From: Nanobdellota archaeon
Lineage (GTDB): Archaea; Nanobdellota; Nanobdellia; Woesearchaeales; GW2011-AR9
Reading direction: 5' to 3'
Assembly: GCA_038045005.1 (NCBI GenBank)
Contig: JBBSYZ010000013.1
Coordinates: forward strand, 1 to 42,867
Length of the DNA stretch: 42,867 nt
The notes under the pieces were generated by a model. It was given only the letters and a program-made list of their open reading frames with translations, ran no database searches and was not told the origin of the DNA. The stretch's first letter is position 1. Every line of letters starts with the position of its first letter. Made by a program: the position numbers and the translations under genes. Shown piece by piece: positions 14,670 to 22,587 of this stretch.

Positions 14670-15744
14670 CGGCTACCAGCTTTTTTACGATGGCGTTCCG
14701 GAATGCATCGGTCGCCAGCATTTCCTGCGCTTTTTTGTTAAGCTCCCGGGTATACAGGAATAACAGCGGGAGTTTCTTTATCTGCGCTTCCATATAAGCG
14801 GAAGAGAGATCTCCTTCATCGCATCTGGCTTTTTTCTTGGCTTTGCAGAAATAGGTTAACGCCCCGACTACCGAAGGCACGGAAAGGAGAAAATTGATTT
14901 CAGCATTCCTGCGGATGATCTCCTGCTCTTGAACCACTATGCCGCATTCCCGGAAGTATTGTTCCACCAAAGGGATCAATTGACTGGATGCAGAAATATT
15001 TTTTTGGTAGGGGCGTTTCTTTTTCACTGCCAGTATCTTTTCATGGGGATGGTGAACTGACGGCTGCGAAAATGACAGTTGGGAAAATGGAAGGACAGTT
15101 GTGGCCGGAGCCGGTTCTTCCGCAATTTTAGGTCCTGTTTTTTCCAATTTTGTTTCCGGTTTAGTTTCCAGTTTTGTTTCTGATTTTGTTTCTGGTTCCT
15201 TATGTTCTTCAAATACTGGCGTCAAAGATTGCGGTGATCTCCCTTGCTTATCCCGCTCAGTATCTTGGACTGCCGATTTTTGTTCCGGTGCAGGATGTTC
15301 GCCAAATAACGCTGATTTTATCACTGCAGTGGTTTCCGGATCGGAAAGCAAGTGCCATTTCCAGAACAATTCCCGATTTCCTGCAACAGTGACATGGAGA
15401 GGAACAGCAAAATCCTGCAACGAACGCAGCGCTACTTTTGATAACAGATCAATAGAATTCTCCCGCAGCACTTTTTCCAGTTTCAGCCGCTCTAATACTT
15501 GAAAATCTTTAGGGTTGAGATTCCCCGCAGCAAAATGATACAGCTGTTCCTCTTGGCCGGGCAGATAGTACAATGGGGATCCGCCAATCTTAAGATGAGA
15601 AATTTTCACTTTTCCCTGTGCGGACAAGTCAGAGAGATACGCTGAAGCGAACAGAATTTCTGAATTGATATTCTTGGCAACCTTGGAAGGAATAGTCGGG
15701 CCTACCACGCGCAAAAAATACAGAATTTTATCCTGATCTTGCAT
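14662..15744 (-). CDS. Tandem winged-helix-like protein with an ETK repeat linker and an unknown C-domain
   Basis: 360 aa. The N-terminus reads ILYFLRVVGPTIPSKVAKNI...GKVKISHLKIGGSPLYYL, the linker is EPETKSETKLETKPETKLEK, and the C-domain has EINFLLS...YFCKAKKK. Confidence 0.5.
   Translation of the reverse strand: MQDQDKILYFLRVVGPTIPSKVAKNINSEILFASAYLSDLSAQGKVKISHLKIGGSPLYYLPGQEEQLYHFAAGNLNPKDFQVLERLKLEKVLRENSIDLLSKVALRSLQDFAVPLHVTVAGNRELFWKWHLLSDPETTAVIKSALFGEHPAPEQKSAVQDTERDKQGRSPQSLTPVFEEHKEPETKSETKLETKPETKLEKTGPKIAEEPAPATTVLPFSQLSFSQPSVHHPHEKILAVKKKRPYQKNISASSQLIPLVEQYFRECGIVVQEQEIIRRNAEINFLLSVPSVVGALTYFCKAKKKARCDEGDLSSAYMEAQIKKLPLLFLYTRELNKKAQEMLATDAFRNAIVKKLVADD
15145..15197. repeat. 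12-nt tandem repeat, about 4.5 copies, encoding (x-E-T-K)n
   Basis: caattttgtttc / cggtttagtttc / cagttttgtttc / tgattttgtttc / tggttcc. Confidence 0.8.
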
Positions 15745-15806
15745 AATCGTTATGAAGAAACGCGGTTTATATAGTTTTCTTTACTGGGAAGATTACTAAT
15801 AGATTA

Positions 15807-16415
15807 CTAAGGCCTGGTCCAGTTAACCTGATAATAAGTAACGTCATTCTCGTCGTCAATGATAGCAAGCAATAAGCGTTTCTTAGTGCTGTGCGCAACC
15901 CTATTCTTAGCGCTGAATTCGTGCCAGGTGAAGACGCTGGCTTCATGCACCGGAAAAACTATCCATTTAGCGTGATCTTCTCCCGGCTTTACGCCCCGGT
16001 CATAAACACGGAAATCCGCACCGAACTTTAATGCGGTTTTAATGATGTATCCCCGGTTGCGCATATCCCTGAAGACCGCGTACCGTATCCAGAAATTCGG
16101 CTCTACCTTGCGTGCTTTTTTTAGATATGATTCAAATGCTAAAATTTTCCCGCCTTCGCTGCGCACCTCCAACCTTTCCCGTTCCATAAGGTAGAGTGCT
16201 TCCAGCAGAGACAATTCCACTTTGCCGCTTTCGTTCAGAGTGCCGAAACGCGACTGATTATAAAATTCTCTAGCATCGTCAGAAGATTCAGTGATAACCC
16301 GCTCTCCGGTAAGTATTCCTAAGACTGGCTTCTTCTTGATCTTTTTTATTTCCGGTTCTTTGTTCTCTGCAGAAGTTTCAGCAGCTGCTGCTTCTGAGGC
16401 CTTTTTTTTAGCCAT
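15807..16415 (-). CDS. endA: tRNA-splicing endonuclease catalytic subunit (EndA) with a Lys-rich N-terminal extension
   Basis: YLMERERLEV, GYIIKTALKFGADFRVYDRG and AHSTKKRLLLAIIDD fit the conserved EndA Y/H/K catalytic-region pattern. Confidence 0.85.
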   Translation of the reverse strand: MAKKKASEAAAAETSAENKEPEIKKIKKKPVLGILTGERVITESSDDAREFYNQSRFGTLNESGKVELSLLEALYLMERERLEVRSEGGKILAFESYLKKARKVEPNFWIRYAVFRDMRNRGYIIKTALKFGADFRVYDRGVKPGEDHAKWIVFPVHEASVFTWHEFSAKNRVAHSTKKRLLLAIIDDENDVTYYQVNWTRP

Positions 16416-16497
16416 CAGAGTAAAATGGGGCGGTTTCTTTTTAAAGGTTTCTTGAAGATTCCCCCAAGCCCGGCGAGAATTATTTTCAGGACTATTT

Positions 16498-16890
16498 TTA
16501 GGTTAAAATATCATTTTCAGACCAGGAGGTATATTCGCAGCCGGAGATATCAGCAAACTCTTCCGGGGTAAGGGCCCCGTATTCCCTTCCGGTCGGAAAA
16601 TCCCATGCCGGTAAAGCTACAATCTCGGCAGCGACGCATTTTTCTATCGGATATAATCCGTCAACACCATAGCATTCAGTGTAATTATTCCGGGATAGAT
16701 ATTCCCAATCTTCCGGCTCAAACAAAGTCTTTTGATATTTGCAGGGCTCGCACCACCAAGCGCCGTAGCCCTGGACATCTTTACGGACCAGGCATTCGAC
16801 CAAAGATTCCGGCGCATCCCCTTCGCAGGAAAGAGCTAAAGAAACGGCCGCTGCCGCCAAAAGATTAGTCAAAGATTTTTTTATCGCCAT
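16498..16890 (-). CDS. Secreted/lipoprotein thioredoxin-like protein (CxxC), related to the Trx domain fused to VKOR
   Basis: The start was moved to MAIKKSLTNLLAAAAVSLALSC (lipobox-like). YGAWWCEPCKYQKTLF resembles YGAYWCPHCQDQKELF of VKOR-Trx proteins. Confidence 0.6.
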   Translation of the reverse strand: MAIKKSLTNLLAAAAVSLALSCEGDAPESLVECLVRKDVQGYGAWWCEPCKYQKTLFEPEDWEYLSRNNYTECYGVDGLYPIEKCVAAEIVALPAWDFPTGREYGALTPEEFADISGCEYTSWSENDILT

Positions 16891-17000
16891 CAGGGTTAAA
16901 CTTCCATACCGCAGAGCGGTAAGTTTTTTCAGGTATAATCCGATCTGGTAGGTTATAGAAGATATAAATCTTTTGCCCGCATCCTGCTTTCGACCCGGCG

Positions 17001-17660
17001 TCATGCCTGTTCTGCCCAGCTCCACCAGGATTCTTTTCCGAGAATGAGGTGGTCTAACAGAGTGATGCCTAACATCTTCCCGGATTTAGAAAGGATTTTG
17101 GTTATTTCCAGATCTTCCGGGGAAGGAGCAGGATCGCCGGAAGGGTGATTGTGGATGACGATGACAGAATTGGCGAGATGCCTGATCGCGCCATGGAACA
17201 CTTCCCGGGGATGCACTAAAGAGGAATTTAAAGTTCCTACGGAGATGGTCTCTTCCGCGAGGATGTTGTTTTTGGTGTCCAAGTAGATGGCCATGAATTT
17301 TTCTTTCTGGAGATGCCGGGTTTTCGGAAGGTAATAATCAGCGACATCTTTGGCGCAGCTTATTTTTTTTGTTTCCGCGGGAAGGGGAATCCTCCGGCAC
17401 AGTTCAAATAACGCGATTATCTGCGAGGCTCTGGCAGTTCCGATCCCGTATTGCTGCTGCAACTGCTGCAGGGAGCATCGGGAGAGGTTTTGCAATCCGT
17501 AAGTAGAGAGCAGGCGGTGGGAGATTTCCAAGACGTTTTCTTTTTTAGTCCCTGATTTCAGGACGACTGCCAGCAGCTCTGCCGGCGAGAGTACTGAAGC
17601 ACCGTCTTTCTGCAGCCGTTCTCTGGGGCGGTTCTCCGGAGCGAGGTCGGTCATTTTCAT
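17001..17660 (-). CDS. radC: RadC-like JAB/MPN domain protein
   Basis: An N-terminal HhH-like region, then VIVIHNHPSGDPAPSPEDLEITK, the JAMM-type motif of the RadC family. Confidence 0.85.
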   Translation of the reverse strand: MKMTDLAPENRPRERLQKDGASVLSPAELLAVVLKSGTKKENVLEISHRLLSTYGLQNLSRCSLQQLQQQYGIGTARASQIIALFELCRRIPLPAETKKISCAKDVADYYLPKTRHLQKEKFMAIYLDTKNNILAEETISVGTLNSSLVHPREVFHGAIRHLANSVIVIHNHPSGDPAPSPEDLEITKILSKSGKMLGITLLDHLILGKESWWSWAEQA

Positions 17661-17693
17661 GGGGAAGATTTATTAAGTTTTCAGGGTTTAAAA

Positions 17694-17809
17694 CGCTCCT
17701 GGTGGGATTTGAACCCACAAGTCTGGCAAGACAAAGGTTATCTTACCTCTCCCCAGTTTATTCGGGGAGACTTAAGACCTTCGCAATAACCAAATTATGC
17801 GACAGGAGC
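17694..17809 (-). tRNA. tRNA-Leu(UAA), class II, with a 31-nt canonical (37/38) intron
   Basis: Hand-folded. Acceptor GCUCCUG/CAGGAGC; 3-bp D stem; anticodon stem AAGGU/ACCUU with loop CUUAAG^...^A. The intron hairpin is UCUCCCC/GGGGAGA, and intron UAAG pairs with loop CUUA. Long variable arm GUCU-UGCC-AGAC; T arm GUGGG-UUCAAAU-CCCAC. A TATA box lies at about 17834-17845. Confidence 0.85.
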
Positions 17810-17852
17810 TTGTTCTTGATTATTTTAGAAGCGGTTTATATATTCTAGCCGA

Positions 17853-17950
17853 GGTTGTCCAGTGCATGAAATGTGAAAGTCCGAGCTTCTAAAACTAGAA
17901 AATTTTCAAGAATTACGCCTTTTAGCTTTTGTCCAGTGGTTGTCCAGTGC
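17853..17950. promoter_or_regulatory. Three copies of (GG)TTGTCCAGTG(C) upstream of the peptide/ThiF operon; candidate operator
   Basis: GGTTGTCCAGTGC occurs at 17853-17865 and 17938-17950, and TTGTCCAGTG at 17929-17938. The last two are tandem with 11-nt phasing. A TATA-like ATATATATAAA sits at about 18003-18013. Confidence 0.4.
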
Positions 17951-18056
17951 TGGCCACCAGTTTTCTTGCATCAAAATCTCAGTTTATTAAATTTACATGC
18001 CAATATATATAAACTAAACTCAAATTTCAATAAAAACTACTAATGGAGGGTAAAAC

Positions 18057-18212
18057 ATGGAGACCTTAGAACAAATTGCAAACGAGAAGACACCACAAGT
18101 TAAAGCAATAAATACGTATGAGTTACCTAAAAAAGCCCCGGAATATAAGGGGTTAGCCTTGCTGGAAGAAAAATCTTTTGATGGCCCAACAAGCATAAAA
18201 TACTGGATGTAA
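18057..18212 (+). CDS. 51-aa small protein, candidate precursor peptide (METLEQIANEKTPQVKAINTYELPKKAPEYKGLALLEEKSFDGPTSIKYWM)
   Basis: Hand-found and below the track cutoff. GGAGGG lies 7 nt upstream of the ATG, and the stop is 2 nt before the next gene start. Confidence 0.5.
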   Translation: METLEQIANEKTPQVKAINTYELPKKAPEYKGLALLEEKSFDGPTSIKYWM

Positions 18213-18214
18213 GT

Positions 18215-18823
18215 ATGATAAACCTTTCTTCTTTTTCTTTTATTTTTATTGGAGAAACTCACGGTTTTATTAATGATTTTGAAAAAGAGCGGGAGATAAT
18301 CAATAAAGTAAACCCGGAATTTGTGCTATCGGAACAAATGCAGGAAATAATTCTTGATACCAAAGAAAAATATTCTTATCTGATTCAAAAGCAAAAAATC
18401 TCAGAGTTAGTGTATTTTGAAGAAGTTAAAGATTTGATATTGCTTTGCCAAAAAAAGGGGATCAAACTAATCGGCATGGACTTGATTAATTTTGGATTCG
18501 GCGAAGAACTAATTTCTATTATAAAAGAAAAGAAATCACCGACTAAACTACAATCAAAACGAATAGAAGATACCTTGAAAAAAAGGGAATTAAAGCATTT
18601 AGAGATGATTAATTATCATAAGGGACAAGCCAAAGCCAAGAAACCAATCGTAGTGTTGTTAGGGTCGTGGCATTTAAGGGAAGATTCATTGCTAATGACT
18701 TCGCTAAATAATTATATTGCTTATTTTCCAAATGATTCTGAAGGGAACCAACTAATAGAACCACGCGGTAATATTAAGGATGTAAAATATGGTTATAGGA
18801 TTAAAAATGAACCAAAAAATTAA
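18215..18823 (+). CDS. Hypothetical protein with GExHG and GxxHL motifs (possible ChaN/EreA/TraB/Tiki-superfamily member)
   Basis: FIFIGETHGF is near the N-terminus and VVLLGSWHLRED near the C-terminus. The family assignment is tentative. Confidence 0.4.
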   Translation: MINLSSFSFIFIGETHGFINDFEKEREIINKVNPEFVLSEQMQEIILDTKEKYSYLIQKQKISELVYFEEVKDLILLCQKKGIKLIGMDLINFGFGEELISIIKEKKSPTKLQSKRIEDTLKKRELKHLEMINYHKGQAKAKKPIVVLLGSWHLREDSLLMTSLNNYIAYFPNDSEGNQLIEPRGNIKDVKYGYRIKNEPKN

Positions 18824-19859
18824 GCTTAAGGAATCTGTATATATCCTAAAGGAATCTGAGGAGATTTATCAAGTAGTATTCACTTCTACGAGAAGAATTA
18901 AGAGATTTAGCGTGGACCATTTGGTAAAAGAATTAATCTTTTCTGCAAAGTCAGAAACAAATATGCAAGAAGTTATTTCAAAGTTAGGGACGAAATATCC
19001 AGAAGAAGATATCGTTACGTGCTTATATTCCCTGGAAGCGGCCGGAATTGTTAACTTTTATGGTGATGATAAGATAAATCCAAGACATAAGAGACAGATT
19101 TCGTTTATCAATGAATTAACTGAAAATTGGGAAGAAACCATGAAATTACAAAAAAGGCTGGAGGAATCCAGAATTGCGGTATTTGGCATTGGTGGAATTG
19201 GAACCTGGATGGTTAACGGACTCAATCAGATCGGTATTGGGGAGATAAGGATAATCGATCCAGATATTGTAAGCATCAGCAATCTTAACCGCCAATTATT
19301 CTTTAATGAATCTGACCTCGGCCAGTACAAGGTTGACGTAATCTCTCAAAAACTTAGCGATGCAAACATTAAAAAATATTATGATACCGTTTCGAGAGAT
19401 CAACCATTGGATAAGATTGTGGAAAATTGCAATTTCTTAGTTAACTGTGCAGATTTTCCATCTGTTGCTGATACAACCAAAATAATAGATGAATATGCAA
19501 CAAGATATAATATCCCTTATAGTGTTGCGGGCGGTTATAATATGCATTTGGGGATGGTTGGCCCAATAATAGTTCCTGGAAAAACTGCTTGTTTTGATTG
19601 TTTCTTGGCTTATCAAAAAGAGAATGATCCATTAAGCAATTTGGAAAAAATTAAGGATGTCGAACAGACGGGAAGCTTAGGCCCGATCGCTGGAGCCATA
19701 GCGAATTTTCAAGTTATGGAAATTTTTAAATATATAACTGGAAAAGGTTCAGTGAACATTAACCGTTTTGTAGAAATAGATTTTATGGATTTTAACATAG
19801 AGTGGAGAGAATATTCTAAAAAACCAGATTGTATTACTTGTAATTTGCAGGCAAAGTGA
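18789..19859 (+). CDS. ThiF/MoeB/HesA-family E1-like adenylyltransferase with an N-terminal ~100-aa winged-helix (RRE/peptide-clamp-like) extension (MccB/PaaA-like architecture)
   Basis: VFGIGGIGTW (GxGxxG), DPDIVSISNLNRQ, CFDC...CITC zinc site. The N-extension is YILKESEEIYQVVFTSTRRIKRFSVDHLVKELI...CLYSLEAAGIV. An alternative start at 18807 (MNQKIK) is possible. It overlaps the upstream gene. Confidence 0.8.
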   Translation: MVIGLKMNQKIKLKESVYILKESEEIYQVVFTSTRRIKRFSVDHLVKELIFSAKSETNMQEVISKLGTKYPEEDIVTCLYSLEAAGIVNFYGDDKINPRHKRQISFINELTENWEETMKLQKRLEESRIAVFGIGGIGTWMVNGLNQIGIGEIRIIDPDIVSISNLNRQLFFNESDLGQYKVDVISQKLSDANIKKYYDTVSRDQPLDKIVENCNFLVNCADFPSVADTTKIIDEYATRYNIPYSVAGGYNMHLGMVGPIIVPGKTACFDCFLAYQKENDPLSNLEKIKDVEQTGSLGPIAGAIANFQVMEIFKYITGKGSVNINRFVEIDFMDFNIEWREYSKKPDCITCNLQAK

Positions 19860-19957
19860 TAAGTATTATTTATAATAATAGGAATATAATATTAGAGCAG
19901 GAATAATGTAATAATAGTCGCAAAAAGGTTTAATAATCCCGCCATCTTACTTCTACC

Positions 19958-20557
19958 ATGAACCGCGTTATCAAGCTACTGATGCTTTCAGATGTTTTTG
20001 TATTGACCGGCTTTGGATTGGTGCAGCCCATCCTGGCTATCTTCATCAAAGATAACATCGTCGGAGGAACCATCTTTGCGGCAGGATTAGCCAGCACTAT
20101 GTTTCTGATCACCAAATCAGCGATACAGCTTCCGTTTTCCCGCTATGTCGACCTGCATGATGATAAGATAAAATGGCTTATCGTCGGGACATTCTTTATC
20201 TCCTGCGTCCCATTCATCTATATTTTATCTGACCATATCTATTACATCTACGCCGCAGAGATAGTGCGCGGCATCGGCAGTGGATTGGCATTTCCGACCT
20301 GGCTGGGGTTGTGGAGCACTAATCTGGACAAACGAAAAGAAAGTTTTGAATGGAGTTTATACTCCACGCTGGTCAGCGTCGGAACCGCGGTCACCGCAGC
20401 TATAGGAGCATTGGTCGCTGAATATGTCGGATTTACGGCAACTTTTATCTTGGTGGGAGTCCTGTCATTGATCGGATGCATGGTGCTCTTGAAACTGCAG
20501 CACGAAAAAGTCAAACAGAAAGACGGGACTATCAAAAGATATAAGATTAAAACTTAA
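19958..20557 (+). CDS. Half-size (about 6-TM) MFS-like transporter
   Basis: 199 aa with six hydrophobic segments and the MFS-like loop FSRYVDLHDDK. The convergent rpe gene leaves no room for a second half. Confidence 0.55.
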   Translation: MNRVIKLLMLSDVFVLTGFGLVQPILAIFIKDNIVGGTIFAAGLASTMFLITKSAIQLPFSRYVDLHDDKIKWLIVGTFFISCVPFIYILSDHIYYIYAAEIVRGIGSGLAFPTWLGLWSTNLDKRKESFEWSLYSTLVSVGTAVTAAIGALVAEYVGFTATFILVGVLSLIGCMVLLKLQHEKVKQKDGTIKRYKIKT

Positions 20558-20567
20558 AGAAAATGCC

Positions 20568-21179
20568 TTAGAATGCGGCATCCAACAATTTCATCCTTTC
20601 TTTCGGCTGCTCTGCTTTGGTTATGAAAGATCCGGATACGATGAAATCTGCTCCGGCTTTGACCGCTTCCTTCGCGGTCGCCGGATTCATGCCCCCGTCA
20701 ACGATTATCTTTATTTTGGGGTTTATTTTCTGGACTTCTTTTATTTTCTTAAGTGGATAGCGCAGATATTTTCCGCCGTAAAAACCCGGGTGGACCGTCA
20801 GGATAAGAACATAATCTATTTTCCCCAGATAGGGTTTGATCTTATTTACAGAAGTTTCCGGATTTAGGGCGAAGGCGATCTTCCTACCCCCCATATTTTT
20901 TATGTGATCGGCTATACTTACGGTCTCTGCCTGGACAATGCAAAATTCAACTTTTTTACCATGTTTCCTGATCCAGGACCCCGGTTCTTTTACCATTAGA
21001 TGGGCGATGTACCGGAATTTAGGACTTAACTTAAACGGAAACCATAACGATCTGTTCGGAACAAATTTTCCGTCAGCGACATCCAGATGCAGATATTTCA
21101 CCGTCCCACGAAGATTATCAAAGATTGCATCTAATTCCAGCTGATCTTTAGCCATGATTGAAGGAAAGATATGTTTCAT
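20568..21179 (-). CDS. rpe: Ribulose-phosphate 3-epimerase
   Basis: HLDVADGKFVPN and VDGGMNPATAKEAVKAGADFIVSGS. Confidence 0.85.
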   Translation of the reverse strand: MKHIFPSIMAKDQLELDAIFDNLRGTVKYLHLDVADGKFVPNRSLWFPFKLSPKFRYIAHLMVKEPGSWIRKHGKKVEFCIVQAETVSIADHIKNMGGRKIAFALNPETSVNKIKPYLGKIDYVLILTVHPGFYGGKYLRYPLKKIKEVQKINPKIKIIVDGGMNPATAKEAVKAGADFIVSGSFITKAEQPKERMKLLDAAF

Positions 21180-21628
21180 CGTTCCAATCGTTTGATTTTT
21201 GCCACTCTCCGCGCATGCCGCGGTTCTTTGGAAAAAGGGACTGTCAGAAATATCTCGATCATCCTCTTGGCTTTATGAAGATGCATGAACCAGCCGGACA
21301 GACAGATGATATTCGCATTGTTATGCTCTTTAGATAATCGCGCTTCCTTAAGCGATCCAGGCACTACCGCCCGCGCCCCTTTGATCTTGTTGGCGGCTAT
21401 GCACATGCCTTGCGCGGAACCGCATATCAGTATACCTAAGCTTCTTTCGGCGACAACTTTTCGCGCTAAAACAGCTGCAAAGTCGGGATAATCATCTTTA
21501 GGATTGAGAATTTTATTTCCCACGTCGACAACCGAGATTCCTTTATGGTTTAACCAGGCCTTGATTTTCTCTTTAAGCTTAAAACCAGCATGATCCGCGC
21601 CGATATAGATCTGTTTCATCTGATACAC
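21176..21628 (-). CDS. rpiB: Ribose-5-phosphate isomerase B (RpiB/LacAB family)
   Basis: IYIGADHAGFKLKE and GILICGSAQGMCIAANK. Its stop overlaps the rpe start (ATGA). Confidence 0.85.
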   Translation of the reverse strand: MYQMKQIYIGADHAGFKLKEKIKAWLNHKGISVVDVGNKILNPKDDYPDFAAVLARKVVAERSLGILICGSAQGMCIAANKIKGARAVVPGSLKEARLSKEHNNANIICLSGWFMHLHKAKRMIEIFLTVPFSKEPRHARRVAKIKRLER

Positions 21629-21670
21629 CTCTTTTAACCTGCTAATGGATTGATGCTTTAATACTTTCCC

Positions 21671-22585
21671 TCATGCTTTTCCAGCCGAACCGAATGATCT
21701 TATCCTCTTTTCCGCTACCGTCTGAATCAGATCGCGGGCTGGTGCAAGAATATGCCGCGGATCAAAATTTTTTGGCTCGCTGTAGAGGGCCTGCCGCACC
21801 GCGGCATCAAAAGCTATCCTTATGTCAGTATCGATGTTAATTTTTGCGATGCCGTTTCTGATGGCCGTTTTTATCTGCAGGTCGGGAACTCCCCGGACTC
21901 CGGACAGATCAGCGCCATATTTTTCTGCGATCTTGACTACGGATGAAGAAACACCCGAAGCGCCATGCAGCACCAAAGGCACGGAAACTTTTTTCCTTAT
22001 TTGCTTAAGCAAATCTTGCCGCAATGCCGCTTTCCCTGCGAATTTATAAGCGCCGTGCGAGGTACCGATAGCTACCGCCAGAAAATCACAGCCAGTCTTC
22101 TCCACAAATTCCCGCGCTTTTGCCGGATCGGTGTAAATTATCTTTCTTGCCGAAACTGAATCCTCCGCGCCTCCAATAGTGCCCAGCTCTGCTTCCACCG
22201 CAACCCCTTTTCTATGCGCAAGGGTAACTGCCCATCTAGTCAAACGGACATTAGTTTCAAATTTTTCGCGGGAAGCGTCGATCATGATGGAAGAATAACC
22301 TAATCTTATTGCCTGCCGGATGATTTTCAAATCTTTTCCATGGTCAAGATGCAGTGCGATCGGAATTTTTTTCTCTTCAGCAGCAGTTTCAGCCAAGGCA
22401 TAGAGATAATCCATCCCCGCATAGGCCAAAGCCCCTTCCGACGTCGCTAGGATGACGGGAGCTCTTGATCTTGCTGCGGCAGCGACTACTCCCTGCGCTA
22501 TTTCCATATTATTGATATTGAAATGCGCTATCGCATACTTCCCTTTCTGCGCCCTCAGCAGCATTTTTTTTGTATCCGCAAACAT
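21671..22585 (-). CDS. fba: Class II fructose/tagatose-bisphosphate aldolase
   Basis: YAIAHFNINNME, IALHLDHG, VLHGASG, KINIDTD. Confidence 0.85.
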   Translation of the reverse strand: MFADTKKMLLRAQKGKYAIAHFNINNMEIAQGVVAAAARSRAPVILATSEGALAYAGMDYLYALAETAAEEKKIPIALHLDHGKDLKIIRQAIRLGYSSIMIDASREKFETNVRLTRWAVTLAHRKGVAVEAELGTIGGAEDSVSARKIIYTDPAKAREFVEKTGCDFLAVAIGTSHGAYKFAGKAALRQDLLKQIRKKVSVPLVLHGASGVSSSVVKIAEKYGADLSGVRGVPDLQIKTAIRNGIAKINIDTDIRIAFDAAVRQALYSEPKNFDPRHILAPARDLIQTVAEKRIRSFGSAGKA

Positions 22586-22587
22586 GT

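Noticed and set aside
17866-17892. 8-codon mini-ORF MKCESPSF with GAGG 11 nt upstream, considered as an MccA-like heptapeptide precursor for the MccB-like enzyme.
   Set aside because: It does not end in Asn and the SD spacing is long. It overlaps the repeated operator-like motif, and an 8-codon ORF is expected by chance. The 51-aa SD-preceded ORF is the better candidate.
17001-19859. RadC (JAB) + E1-like ThiF + small protein as a prokaryotic ubiquitin-like conjugation triad.
   Set aside because: The JAB protein is RadC-type, on the opposite strand and separated from the operon by a tRNA gene. The 51-aa ORF has no beta-grasp length and no C-terminal Gly-Gly.
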